Below, piece by piece: positions 36,876 through 45,850 of a stretch of DNA of 60,688 bases (position 1 is its first letter; each line of letters begins with the position of its first letter). The notes under the pieces were generated by a model. That model saw only the letters and a program-made list of their open reading frames with translations. It did no database searches and was not told the DNA's origin. Origin of the DNA: Alphaproteobacteria bacterium UBA2964 (GTDB taxonomy: Bacteria > Pseudomonadota > Alphaproteobacteria > MPNO01 > UBA2964); NCBI GenBank assembly GCA_905182615.1, contig CAJJCG010000031.1, forward strand, positions 1 to 60,688, written 5' to 3'. The position numbers were made by a program, and so were the translations under genes.

Positions 36876-37946
36876 TCACGTTAGGCGACCGCCTGGAATA
36901 TGCGGGAAGGCGCTCATCTCGTGGGCCGGGTTAACCGCTCGTCCTTTTGCCAAATAAGAAGGGTTCAGTTGGTCAAGAGATGATACGCCGAGCAAGCCCA
37001 TGCCAATTCTAATCTCGTCTTCGAGAATGGTCAGGCAATTTATCAGTCCAGAAAGTCCGCCAGCGCATAAAGCAAAAGCCTGCAGTTTGCCAATCCCGAC
37101 CGCCTGAGCGCCGAGGGCGACTGCCTTGATGACGTCAGTGCCGCGCATAAAGCCCCCATCGATGAAAACTTCGGCGCGGCCATCAACTGCGGCGACAATA
37201 TCGGGAAGGACTTGGATTGTTGCCCGATCATGATCGAGCTGGCGGCCACCATGGTTGGATACATAAATTACCGAAGCACCGTGCTGTACGCCAATCTCCG
37301 CATCTTCCGGACGGCTAACGCCTTTGAGGATCATCGGGCCGCCCCAAATCTGACGGATTTCATCCCAGGTGTCCCAGCTAAGCCCAGCCAGAAATTCACG
37401 CCCAGCTGAATTGGTTCTGGTCGGCGGTGTCCAGCCGGCCAACATCTGGCGTTCACGATTAGAATACACTGCGGCATCGACAGTAACGGCGAGGGCGTCA
37501 TAGTTGTTTTGCTTTACGCGACCGAGTAATTCTTCGAGCCAGTCCCGTCCCCCGCGAACGTACATTTGATAGACCTTGGGATGCAGGCTGTTCATCGCAA
37601 TCTCTTCCAGCGATGGTCGGGAATGACCGCTCAGCATGTTGAGAATGCGGAACTCTTCTGCAGCATCATCGACGGCCTGTGCGGCCGCCGGTGTAACAAG
37701 TTGCAGCGATGCCATAGGGGCCAAAAAAACTGGCATACGGGACTTATGTCCCATCACCGTTGTTGCGTAATCGATTTCTGAGACATCGCGAAGTACACGT
37801 GGCTTGAGTGCTATAGAGTCGAGACCGAACCGGTTGCGTCGCATGGCGGTTTCGCTTTCGCTGCCACCGGCAAGATAATCCCAGACGGGGCCGCGGGCAT
37901 TACGCCGGGCTCTTCTGATAATCTCATGGTTCGTTTTGAATTCCAT
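36876..37946 (-). CDS. FMN-dependent alpha-hydroxy-acid oxidase/dehydrogenase, copy 3 (tandem)
   Basis: 356 aa. SNHGGRQLD signature, colinear with copy 2. Confidence 0.85.
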   Translation of the reverse strand: MEFKTNHEIIRRARRNARGPVWDYLAGGSESETAMRRNRFGLDSIALKPRVLRDVSEIDYATTVMGHKSRMPVFLAPMASLQLVTPAAAQAVDDAAEEFRILNMLSGHSRPSLEEIAMNSLHPKVYQMYVRGGRDWLEELLGRVKQNNYDALAVTVDAAVYSNRERQMLAGWTPPTRTNSAGREFLAGLSWDTWDEIRQIWGGPMILKGVSRPEDAEIGVQHGASVIYVSNHGGRQLDHDRATIQVLPDIVAAVDGRAEVFIDGGFMRGTDVIKAVALGAQAVGIGKLQAFALCAGGLSGLINCLTILEDEIRIGMGLLGVSSLDQLNPSYLAKGRAVNPAHEMSAFPHIPGGRLT

Positions 37947-37983
37947 TACTCGGTATTATCCCCGTATTTGCGCTATTTTGGTG

Positions 37984-37997
37984 CGTCCGACCGGACG
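37984..37997. promoter_or_regulatory. 14-bp perfect palindrome in a divergent promoter region
   Basis: CGTCCG-AC-CGGACG lies in the 164-bp spacer between the divergently transcribed FMN-oxidase copy 3 and the TauD-like gene. Candidate operator only. Confidence 0.25.
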
Positions 37998-38110
37998 GCG
38001 GCGAAGGGCAAACTTTAGTGCTCGCATTGATGCTTGTCGAGGTGGCGGTGGGCATGATTTTTTGTCTAAATCGGTTTCCCAATAAAGGAATTAAGGCGTA
38101 AAATCCGTGC

Positions 38111-39205
38111 ATGACTGAAATAGAGACAAAAGATCGCTTAACGCGCCGTACTCCGGCGGTTCCTATGGAACCTGTGGTAGATCCGGCGGCTTGGACAGCA
38201 TCGGACCTAGCATCAGATCAGGGGTGGGTACACGAACTCACTGAATCGGATGTCGCAGAACTCGATGCATTGGTTATCCTACTTTCGGAAAGGATTATCG
38301 ATGTTCTCGAACTCAAAGAGACCGATATTGATCTGCCGACCTTGGGGCCGCGGCTTGAAAGGGTAGCTAATGATGTTCTCGACGGCAGAGGACTTGCCCT
38401 AATCAGAGGTGTTCCAGTTGAGCGCTACTCGAGATTACAGTCTGCAATCGCGTTCTGGTGCATTGGTGGATTTGTCGGTGATCCGGTATCACAGAATGCC
38501 AAAGGCCATCTGTTGGGGCATGTTCAGGACCTCGGTGGTACGACGCTGAAAAACCCCAGTAATCGCGGTTATCAAACGCAAGAGGGACTGCCGTATCACT
38601 GCGATTCCTGTGATGTCGTTGTGCTGATGTGTTTGCATCCATCTAAGTCAGGTGGAGAGAGCACGGTCGTCAGCTCGTTGAACATTTATAACGAGATGCT
38701 CAAACGTAATCCTGCAGCGGCGGCTGCTCTAACCGAAGCAATATATCGCGACCGTCGGAACGAAATTCCAGAAGGCAAAGATCCGTGGTTCCAATTGCCG
38801 GTCTTTAATTTCCAAGATGATCTCATGACTGTTAGCTGGCAGGGCGGCTATATCCGTTCAGCTTCCCGGTTTGAAGAACTTCCGCCGCATTCTCAGGATT
38901 TGAAGGTCGGGCTGGATCTGTTCAATAAGTTGGCCAATGAGCTGGCCTATTCGATGGATTTTAAACCTGGTGACATTCAGATCTTGCATAATCATGTCAC
39001 GGTGCATTCACGCACGGCATTTGAAGAGTTTCCTGAATTGAAACGTAAGCGACATTTGCTACGACTTTGGCTGGGTACACCGAATGGGCGGCCATTATCG
39101 CCGGCTTATGCAAATCGTTATGGAGACCTGAAACCCGGCGCCAGACCGGCGGGAGGAATAATTGTACCGGGGACTGTATTTAAGGCCCCATTAGAGGCAG
39201 AATAG
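38111..39205 (+). CDS. TauD/TfdA-superfamily dioxygenase, larger clavaminate-synthase-like branch (paralogue 5)
   Basis: 364 aa. YHCDSCD (HxD) and NHVTVHSR distal His motif. Confidence 0.7.
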   Translation: MTEIETKDRLTRRTPAVPMEPVVDPAAWTASDLASDQGWVHELTESDVAELDALVILLSERIIDVLELKETDIDLPTLGPRLERVANDVLDGRGLALIRGVPVERYSRLQSAIAFWCIGGFVGDPVSQNAKGHLLGHVQDLGGTTLKNPSNRGYQTQEGLPYHCDSCDVVVLMCLHPSKSGGESTVVSSLNIYNEMLKRNPAAAAALTEAIYRDRRNEIPEGKDPWFQLPVFNFQDDLMTVSWQGGYIRSASRFEELPPHSQDLKVGLDLFNKLANELAYSMDFKPGDIQILHNHVTVHSRTAFEEFPELKRKRHLLRLWLGTPNGRPLSPAYANRYGDLKPGARPAGGIIVPGTVFKAPLEAE

Positions 39206-39315
39206 CCGCGAAGAAACAGGTGGATCGTTTCCAAACTATGGATCTGATCCAGATTATGCCTTCGGTCGTATGTCTAGTAAGGGAACGCAGGCAAATATCA
39301 CGTTAGGAGAAAACA

Positions 39316-40524
39316 ATGGAACTACCTACAAGTGATCGTTATCAGGCTATGAGTGTTGATAGCTTCGATACGACGAAGCTGTTGACCAACGCGGCTCGCC
39401 AACGGGATGCTCGTAAATTGAATGAATTCCCGATTTTTGACGCTGATGCGCATCATTATGAAAGCGAATCTATTTCAGAAATCATCAAATATATTGATGA
39501 TGACGTTTTGAATCACTTGGCGCGTGCTAATCCGGGAATTCTCTCTGCAGGTCGTGGTGGCTATCAGCCGGTGGGTGGCCGGATTACACGCTACCCGCTG
39601 CGCAAGATCGAAGAGACTCCATCCGATGGCACACATCGCGACGTTCATCTGTCGCGCCGCTGGATGGATGCGATGGGTATAGACTATATTAGTTTGTTTC
39701 CGACAGGGATGTTGGGTATCGGCCTTATCCCGCAGGTCGAGGTCGAAGTGCAATACGCTCGCGCGTACATGCGCTGGCTGACGGAAGAAATTCTACCGTG
39801 TGACCCTCGCGTTAAAGGTTATGTCTTCTTACCGTTCAACAGCCCGGAAGCGGCCTATGAAATTGCCACCGAGTTTGGTGACAAGGAAGGTATTATTGGT
39901 TTTCTCGTCACCAGCCCGCGTTATAAGCCAGTTCATGACAATGCTTATATGAAGACCTACAGCTATATCGAAGAAACAGGGAAGCCGTTGGTCTTTCATT
40001 CTGGTCTTAACTGGAATGACCCACTGATGTCAGTAACCAATCGATTTATCGCAGCTCATGCACTTGGTTTTACGCTTTATAACGTCATTCATATGTGCAA
40101 CTGGATCTGTAACGCTCTAAATGAGCGTTTCCCGAAAATCCCGGTTGTCTGGACAGAATCAGGCCTTGCTTGGGTTCCGTGGCTCGCTCAGCGGCTCGAC
40201 AATGATTACAAGATGCGTTCGTCGGAAATTCCGGGTCTGAAGAAACTTCCCAGCGAATATATGGGGGACATGTTCTACACCAGTCAGCCAATGGAAATGC
40301 CGAACGATTTGTCGTTCCTGGAAAGCACTTTCAAGATGATCAACGCGGAAACCCAGCTGCTTTATGCGTCTGACTATCCGCATTGGGATGCTGATATGCC
40401 TTCCACTATTTATGATCTGCCATTCCTTGATGAGAAGGCGAAGCGGAATATTCTTGGTGGCAACGCTATCAAAATCTTCGATCTCGATGTTTCGGATCGT
40501 TATCCAAACTATAAAGCTGCTTAA
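39316..40524 (+). CDS. amidohydrolase_2-family protein (ACMSD/LigW-like metal-dependent hydrolase/decarboxylase fold), copy 1
   Basis: 402 aa. FDADAHHYE N-terminal metal motif and ASDYPHWD C-terminal Asp motif. Confidence 0.7.
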   Translation: MELPTSDRYQAMSVDSFDTTKLLTNAARQRDARKLNEFPIFDADAHHYESESISEIIKYIDDDVLNHLARANPGILSAGRGGYQPVGGRITRYPLRKIEETPSDGTHRDVHLSRRWMDAMGIDYISLFPTGMLGIGLIPQVEVEVQYARAYMRWLTEEILPCDPRVKGYVFLPFNSPEAAYEIATEFGDKEGIIGFLVTSPRYKPVHDNAYMKTYSYIEETGKPLVFHSGLNWNDPLMSVTNRFIAAHALGFTLYNVIHMCNWICNALNERFPKIPVVWTESGLAWVPWLAQRLDNDYKMRSSEIPGLKKLPSEYMGDMFYTSQPMEMPNDLSFLESTFKMINAETQLLYASDYPHWDADMPSTIYDLPFLDEKAKRNILGGNAIKIFDLDVSDRYPNYKAA

Positions 40525-40618
40525 GCACCACGTGTTTTCTTCTCCGGCGAAAATCGGGCTGTAACCGCCCGACCTGAGATAAAAATTAGAGATATTTGTT
40601 GTTAAGAAAGGGAGTGTA

Positions 40619-40990
40619 ATGGCTAAGGAAATTCTCGTCGGAAAGGCCTCCGACTTCAAAGAAGGGGGCAAGAAAATTGTCCCTAACGGAAAGACCAGCG
40701 AAATAGGTGTCTATCTCGTGCATGGCAATTGGTATGCTTATGCCAATCTGTGCCCGCATCAGGGCGGCCCAGCCTGTGAAGGCCTGTTGATGGCCAAGGT
40801 TGAAGAGGTCATCGCTGAAGATAAGACCTATCAAGGAATGCGCTTTAATCACGACGAAATGCATATCGTTTGCCCATGGCACGGTTGGGAGTTTGATATT
40901 GCTGATGGTCAGGCTGTCGCCGACCGTAAGTGGAGCCTTCGTAAGTTTGAAGTAGAAGTTCGTGGAGAAGATGTCTATGTCCTCGCCTGA
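40619..40990 (+). CDS. stand-alone Rieske [2Fe-2S] domain protein
   Basis: 123 aa. The ligand boxes LCPHQGG (CxH) and VCPWHGWEF (CxxH) are separated by an unusually long 37-residue spacer. Confidence 0.8.
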   Translation: MAKEILVGKASDFKEGGKKIVPNGKTSEIGVYLVHGNWYAYANLCPHQGGPACEGLLMAKVEEVIAEDKTYQGMRFNHDEMHIVCPWHGWEFDIADGQAVADRKWSLRKFEVEVRGEDVYVLA

Positions 40991-41318
40991 TGTTGATCCA
41001 AGAGCAGCTGATCTGCCAGAAGGCGGAGAGGTTCTTGCCCATATTCCTGACGAAGAGGCCGCAATGCGAGCCTTCGCCAAGCGGATCGCGGAAGTTCCAG
41101 AGGGTGAACCCATCCCGATTGAAGTGGTTCAGGAAGGTTTTACGGCGATGGTGCGGCTTTATTCCGTTAAATTCCAGCTTGGTGAACGCTGGGAACCGTT
41201 TGCAGAAGACAGCATGGTACCTGCAACCGCTGCCATGATTATGTGCACGACAATGATGCGTGCCGTAAATGTCGAGGTGTTTGAATTGGGGATGTGGCAG
41301 TCATGGTCTGGTGCCTAA
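40971..41318 (+). CDS. hypothetical acidic protein, no family recognised
   Basis: ATG 40971 (MSMSSPDVDP...) overlaps the Rieske gene 3' end by 20 nt. The ORF ends 16 nt before the next amidohydrolase start. Called from operon position only. Confidence 0.4.
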   Translation: MSMSSPDVDPRAADLPEGGEVLAHIPDEEAAMRAFAKRIAEVPEGEPIPIEVVQEGFTAMVRLYSVKFQLGERWEPFAEDSMVPATAAMIMCTTMMRAVNVEVFELGMWQSWSGA

Positions 41319-41334
41319 GCATAAGAGGAGTGTA

Positions 41335-42561
41335 ATGGATTTACCGACGAGTGATATTCATAAGCAAGCCGTAAAATCTTTAGATACGACGAGTTTGCTT
41401 ACCAATGCTGCGCGACAGCGGGATGCCCGAAACTATGACTCGTTTCCTATAATTGATGTCGATTGTCATCATTATGAGAACGAGTCGCTTTCGGAGATCG
41501 TTAAGTATATCGATGATCCTGTACTAAAGCAGATGGGAATGCTTTATACGGGCGGTGGAACCGGCGGCCAATCACCGCTTAATCCCGGCGGTGTTGGCTA
41601 TCAGGATGTCTCTGGGCGCGTGACGCGCTATCCATTACGCAAAACTGAAACGACACCTAGTGACGATCAGCACCGTGATGTTCATCTGTCCTTACGCTGG
41701 ATGAATGCCATGGGCGTTGATTATGTCTGTTTGTTTCCGACGCCGATGTTGAGCCTCGGACTGCATCCGCAGCCTGAGGTCGAGTCAGGCTTGTCGAAAG
41801 CCTATAACCGTTGGCTTCTGGAAAATATAACCTCCAAAGAAGAACGTATCAAAACGATGATTTATGTGCCGTTCAGTGATCCTGAAGCGGCCTACGAAAC
41901 CGTAAAGGAATTTGGTGATCATCCTGATGTCATTGGCTTCATGATCGTGTCTGTGCGGTATCAAGCGGTGCACAACAACGCCTATATGAAGACCTATGCA
42001 CTGATGGAAGAGCTTGGCAAACCGCTCGGATTCCACAGTAACTATAATTGGAACGACCGGCTGGTCGGTAACGCTAACCGTTTTCTAGTGACTCATGCGC
42101 TTGGCTTTACCGTTTATAACGCGCTTCATCTGTGCAACTGGGTGGTTAATGGTATGCCGGAGCGTTTTCCGAAGCTGAAAACCATCTGGATTGAATCTGG
42201 GCTCGCTTGGATTCCGTGGGTAATGCAGAGACTGGATAATGATTACAAGATGCGTTGGTCGGAAGCCCCGTCTCTAAAAGGGCTGCCGAGCGATTATATG
42301 CGTGAGATGTTTTACACCAGTCAGCCGATGGAAATTCCGGACAATCCGGATGTCCTTAAAATGACCTTTGACATGATCAATGCTGATGATCAGCTTTTGT
42401 GGGCGTCAGATTATCCACATTGGGATATGGATGTTCCGAGTGTGATCTATGATCTGCCGTTTCTAGATGAACGGCAGAAGCGAAAGATGCTCGGTGGTAA
42501 TGCCATAGATCTGTTTAATCTCGATGTCAGTAAACGTTTTCCGAACTACAAACCAGCCTAA
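41335..42561 (+). CDS. amidohydrolase_2-family protein, copy 2
   Basis: The track ORF starts at 41269. ATG 41335, preceded by AAGAGGAG, gives MDLPTSDIHKQAVKSLDTTSLLTNAARQRDAR, colinear with the copy 1 N-terminus. IDVDCHHYE and ASDYPHWD motifs. Confidence 0.75.
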   Translation: MDLPTSDIHKQAVKSLDTTSLLTNAARQRDARNYDSFPIIDVDCHHYENESLSEIVKYIDDPVLKQMGMLYTGGGTGGQSPLNPGGVGYQDVSGRVTRYPLRKTETTPSDDQHRDVHLSLRWMNAMGVDYVCLFPTPMLSLGLHPQPEVESGLSKAYNRWLLENITSKEERIKTMIYVPFSDPEAAYETVKEFGDHPDVIGFMIVSVRYQAVHNNAYMKTYALMEELGKPLGFHSNYNWNDRLVGNANRFLVTHALGFTVYNALHLCNWVVNGMPERFPKLKTIWIESGLAWIPWVMQRLDNDYKMRWSEAPSLKGLPSDYMREMFYTSQPMEIPDNPDVLKMTFDMINADDQLLWASDYPHWDMDVPSVIYDLPFLDERQKRKMLGGNAIDLFNLDVSKRFPNYKPA

Positions 42562-42567
42562 CGGGAA

Positions 42568-43869
42568 GTGACGGTGACCTTAACTGAAGGGCTAGTTAAG
42601 TTAATTCGTAAAAAACCAGTTTCGGTTGTTGATCTTCATCAAACGGCTTTGTTCACGCTTGATGCGGTTGCCAATATGATTGCCGGTCGCAACTCAGAGC
42701 CGGGACGTAAGCTCCTCGAGTGGGGTAAAAACCGTCAAAGAGATTCTGCACGGCGCGCCTTTGTTATGGGTGGGCTGACGCATATTTTGGAAGTTGATGA
42801 TATTCATCGGGCATCAGTGGTTCACACCGGCTGTGTAACGGTCCCGGTTGCTTTAGCTCTGGCGGCTGATCAAGATATTCCCGGTGAGAAGTTTCTTAAA
42901 AGCGTTCTTTATGGATTTGAAGCAAGCTGTCGCGTCGGAATGGCAGTTGGTCCGGCACATTACAAAATTTGGCATAACACAGCGACCTGTGGGCCTTATG
43001 GCAGTGCTATGACAGCCGCGACAATTCTCGACCTTAACGATGAGCAGACGATGCACGCGCTCGGTAATGCGGGCACACAGTCAGCCGGTTTGTGGGAATT
43101 TCTCGCCACCGGTGCGATGAGCAAACATCTTCATGCTGGGCGTGCTGCAGAGGCAGGGCTAGTAGCTGCTGAGTTGGCCGCCCTGGATTTTACCGGGCCA
43201 CCGGCGATCCTCGAAGGACCCGCCGGGTTTTTCGCGGGTGCCTGTCCCGACCCAGACCCGGAGGCCGTTTTAAGAGATGCCGGTGCTGAATGGCAGGTGC
43301 ATTTGACCTCGATCAAGCCATGGCCCGCGTGCCGTCATACCCATCCGGCGATCGATGCGTCACTCGCGGTATTTGATGATCTCGATGGGGCTGCCATAGA
43401 GCGCATTGAGGTTGAGACTTATCAGGCCGCAATTGATGTGTGTGACCGGCCTGTAGCAAACAGCGAATATGAAGGCAAGTTTTCTCTGCAGCATTGTGTT
43501 GCTGCAGCGTTGCAACGCGGCAAGGTCGATTTTTCTGCCTTTGGACCAGAGGCACGACGTGATGCGGCGGAGCTCGCAACGAAGGTAAGTGTGTCAGCCG
43601 GCGGGCCTTATGCCAAATCCTACCCGGCTTCATGGGGGGCTGCGGTTTCTGTTATTCTCGCGGATGGTACAAAACTAGAATCCTCAAAGCCCGAATGTAA
43701 GGGCGATCCAGAATCGGCGTTGAATGACGATGAGATGATTGCCAAAGCCCGCGACCTGATCCGCTTTGGTGGCATCAATGACCCGGCGCCGGTCATTGAG
43801 GGTGTTATGGGAATGTCCCAAGGTGGTAATTCTCTGAATGTATCTAGCCTATTAGCGTCTGCAGCATAA
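42568..43869 (+). CDS. MmgE/PrpD-family protein (not the canonical PrpD)
   Basis: 433 aa with a GTG start. Family-like core (GGLTHILEVDDIH, TCGPYGSAMTAA). Confidence 0.7.
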   Translation: MTVTLTEGLVKLIRKKPVSVVDLHQTALFTLDAVANMIAGRNSEPGRKLLEWGKNRQRDSARRAFVMGGLTHILEVDDIHRASVVHTGCVTVPVALALAADQDIPGEKFLKSVLYGFEASCRVGMAVGPAHYKIWHNTATCGPYGSAMTAATILDLNDEQTMHALGNAGTQSAGLWEFLATGAMSKHLHAGRAAEAGLVAAELAALDFTGPPAILEGPAGFFAGACPDPDPEAVLRDAGAEWQVHLTSIKPWPACRHTHPAIDASLAVFDDLDGAAIERIEVETYQAAIDVCDRPVANSEYEGKFSLQHCVAAALQRGKVDFSAFGPEARRDAAELATKVSVSAGGPYAKSYPASWGAAVSVILADGTKLESSKPECKGDPESALNDDEMIAKARDLIRFGGINDPAPVIEGVMGMSQGGNSLNVSSLLASAA

Positions 43870-43973
43870 TTTCGATATTTTTAAAGTCGGAGTTTATCTG
43901 ATCGTTCAGCGGGCTCGTTCAGGATGGAAGTTGCCGGAAGCAGAAGCGGTCATGGAAATAGGAGACCTTTAGA

Positions 43974-44798
43974 ATGAGTCAGCTAGAGAAAGCCGAGAAA
44001 CTTTTGGCGATGCATAAGAACGACGACATTTTGGTCCTGCCAAATGCTTGGGATGTCGCTAGCGCCTGCGTGTTGGTAGATGCCGGGTTTAAGGCAATTG
44101 CGACAACCAGCGGTGGATGTGCCTTCTCGGTTGGATTCTGTGATGGCGAACATATCGGCCGGGATGGCATGACGGAGATCGTTCGTCGTATGGCCTGTGG
44201 TGTTCCGGTGCCGGTAAGTGCTGATATGGAAGCTGGTTATGGTGGAAACCCCGATGATGTGATGGCTACCGTTAAGGCCGCGCTCGATGCAGGGGCGGTG
44301 GGCGTCAATATTGAAGACAGCAACAAAAGCGGTCCGAGGCGGCTTCATAATCTCGACCTTGCGGTTTCGCGTGTCCGTGCAGCGCGTAAAGCCGCTGACG
44401 ATTTTGGTATCCCGGCGGTGATTAATGCCCGAACAGATGGATATATGCTTGGCAGTGACGAAGACATGTTCGATGAAACTGTCAAACGCGCCAATGCCTA
44501 TCTCGCAGCAGGTGCTGATTGTGCGTTTGTGATCGGTGCGCGCGATGGTGACCTTATTGGTCGGCTCGCTGCGTCAATAGATGGTCCAATGAATGTCTTG
44601 GCAGGTCCCGGGACACCGCCGGTACCGCAATTAAAAGAGATGGGCGTGAAGCGGGTGACTGTTGGCGGCAATATAGCCAAGGCGGCCTATACGTTGGTCA
44701 AAACGGCTGCTGAAGAGTTAATGCAGAGCGGCACCTATGAGTTTGCCGCTGGAGCGTATTCGCAGCCTGAAATGCACCGTATTATCAAGGGCGAGTGA
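43974..44798 (+). CDS. isocitrate lyase/PEP mutase superfamily protein (methylisocitrate-lyase-like)
   Basis: 274 aa. VLPNAWDVASACVLVDAGFKAIATTSGG and GVNIED motifs. Confidence 0.7.
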   Translation: MSQLEKAEKLLAMHKNDDILVLPNAWDVASACVLVDAGFKAIATTSGGCAFSVGFCDGEHIGRDGMTEIVRRMACGVPVPVSADMEAGYGGNPDDVMATVKAALDAGAVGVNIEDSNKSGPRRLHNLDLAVSRVRAARKAADDFGIPAVINARTDGYMLGSDEDMFDETVKRANAYLAAGADCAFVIGARDGDLIGRLAASIDGPMNVLAGPGTPPVPQLKEMGVKRVTVGGNIAKAAYTLVKTAAEELMQSGTYEFAAGAYSQPEMHRIIKGE

Positions 44799-44811
44799 CG
44801 TATATTTCGCG

Positions 44812-45771
44812 CTAATTCGGATAGCTGTGGGGCGCCTTTTCAAGCGCTTCGAGATTTCGATTTAACCGGTTTAGCAGCGCCGTTAGTTCAGCCTCATCCG
44901 TTTTATCAAGAGCGGGGCCCGGTTTTCGGGTTGCGGCAGAGTTTATGACGCCCCGGCGGCGTAGAACCTCTTTGCGCAGCGACAGCCCGATACCAATCTG
45001 TTGTTCATGTCTGACCATCGGTAAATAGGCGTCAAATAAATCTTCGGCGTCTTCTGCTTTTCCGGCGGCGTGCATTGCACAGACCTGGACCATCATTTCT
45101 GCAAAGGCAAAGCCGGTCATGGCGCCATCAACGCCTCGGTCGAGTTCTTGCGGAAGGTATAGGGCACCATTACCGACGAGGATGCTGACGCGGCGGCGAT
45201 TACCGTTTTCTTCATCGGCGCGGAACTGAGTGATTTTACGCAGTCCCGGTGACTCTTCATGCTTGAGGATTTTTAGGCTGGATAGGTCGGCAAATAACTT
45301 GTTCAGCAGCTCTACCGATATATAGACGCCGGTGCTCGGTGGGTAATCCTGCAGCACGATGGGCGTATCACCAATGGTGCCACAGACATCGTGAAAATAT
45401 TTTTCGATCTGGGTGTCTGTGCGGAGACCGGGCATTGGGGCGATCATGACACCTGCGGCACCGGCATCCATAACTTTGCCGCTAAAGGTCTCGATAGACC
45501 CAAGAGAGGGTGCGGAGACCCCGACAACAATCGGCACCCGTTCATCAACCCGTTTGAGAACACGCTGACAGAACGCCATGGATTCAACCGGTGTAAGTTT
45601 TTGGGCTTCGCCCATAACGCCCAAAATGGTCATGCCGGATACGCCGGACCCCAAATAATAATCGACCATCCGATCAGTGCTCTCGAGGTCGAGAACACCA
45701 TTGGCTTCGAAAGGAGTCGCAGAAATGATAAAAACGCCCTTTGCGTTTTCGTCCAGAATTGGCGTTGCCAT
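44812..45771 (-). CDS. dihydrodipicolinate synthase/N-acetylneuraminate lyase family class I aldolase
   Basis: 319 aa. SATPF...G.LD N-terminus, GVMGE, and a KHEES region at the Schiff-base Lys position. Confidence 0.65.
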   Translation of the reverse strand: MATPILDENAKGVFIISATPFEANGVLDLESTDRMVDYYLGSGVSGMTILGVMGEAQKLTPVESMAFCQRVLKRVDERVPIVVGVSAPSLGSIETFSGKVMDAGAAGVMIAPMPGLRTDTQIEKYFHDVCGTIGDTPIVLQDYPPSTGVYISVELLNKLFADLSSLKILKHEESPGLRKITQFRADEENGNRRRVSILVGNGALYLPQELDRGVDGAMTGFAFAEMMVQVCAMHAAGKAEDAEDLFDAYLPMVRHEQQIGIGLSLRKEVLRRRGVINSAATRKPGPALDKTDEAELTALLNRLNRNLEALEKAPHSYPN

Positions 45772-45850
45772 TGTATATCCTCAGTGGTCTTGGATGCTGC
45801 GTATGCTAGCCTCTAGTCTGCTGAAAGCCACTGCGTAAGGAAAGTCTTTC

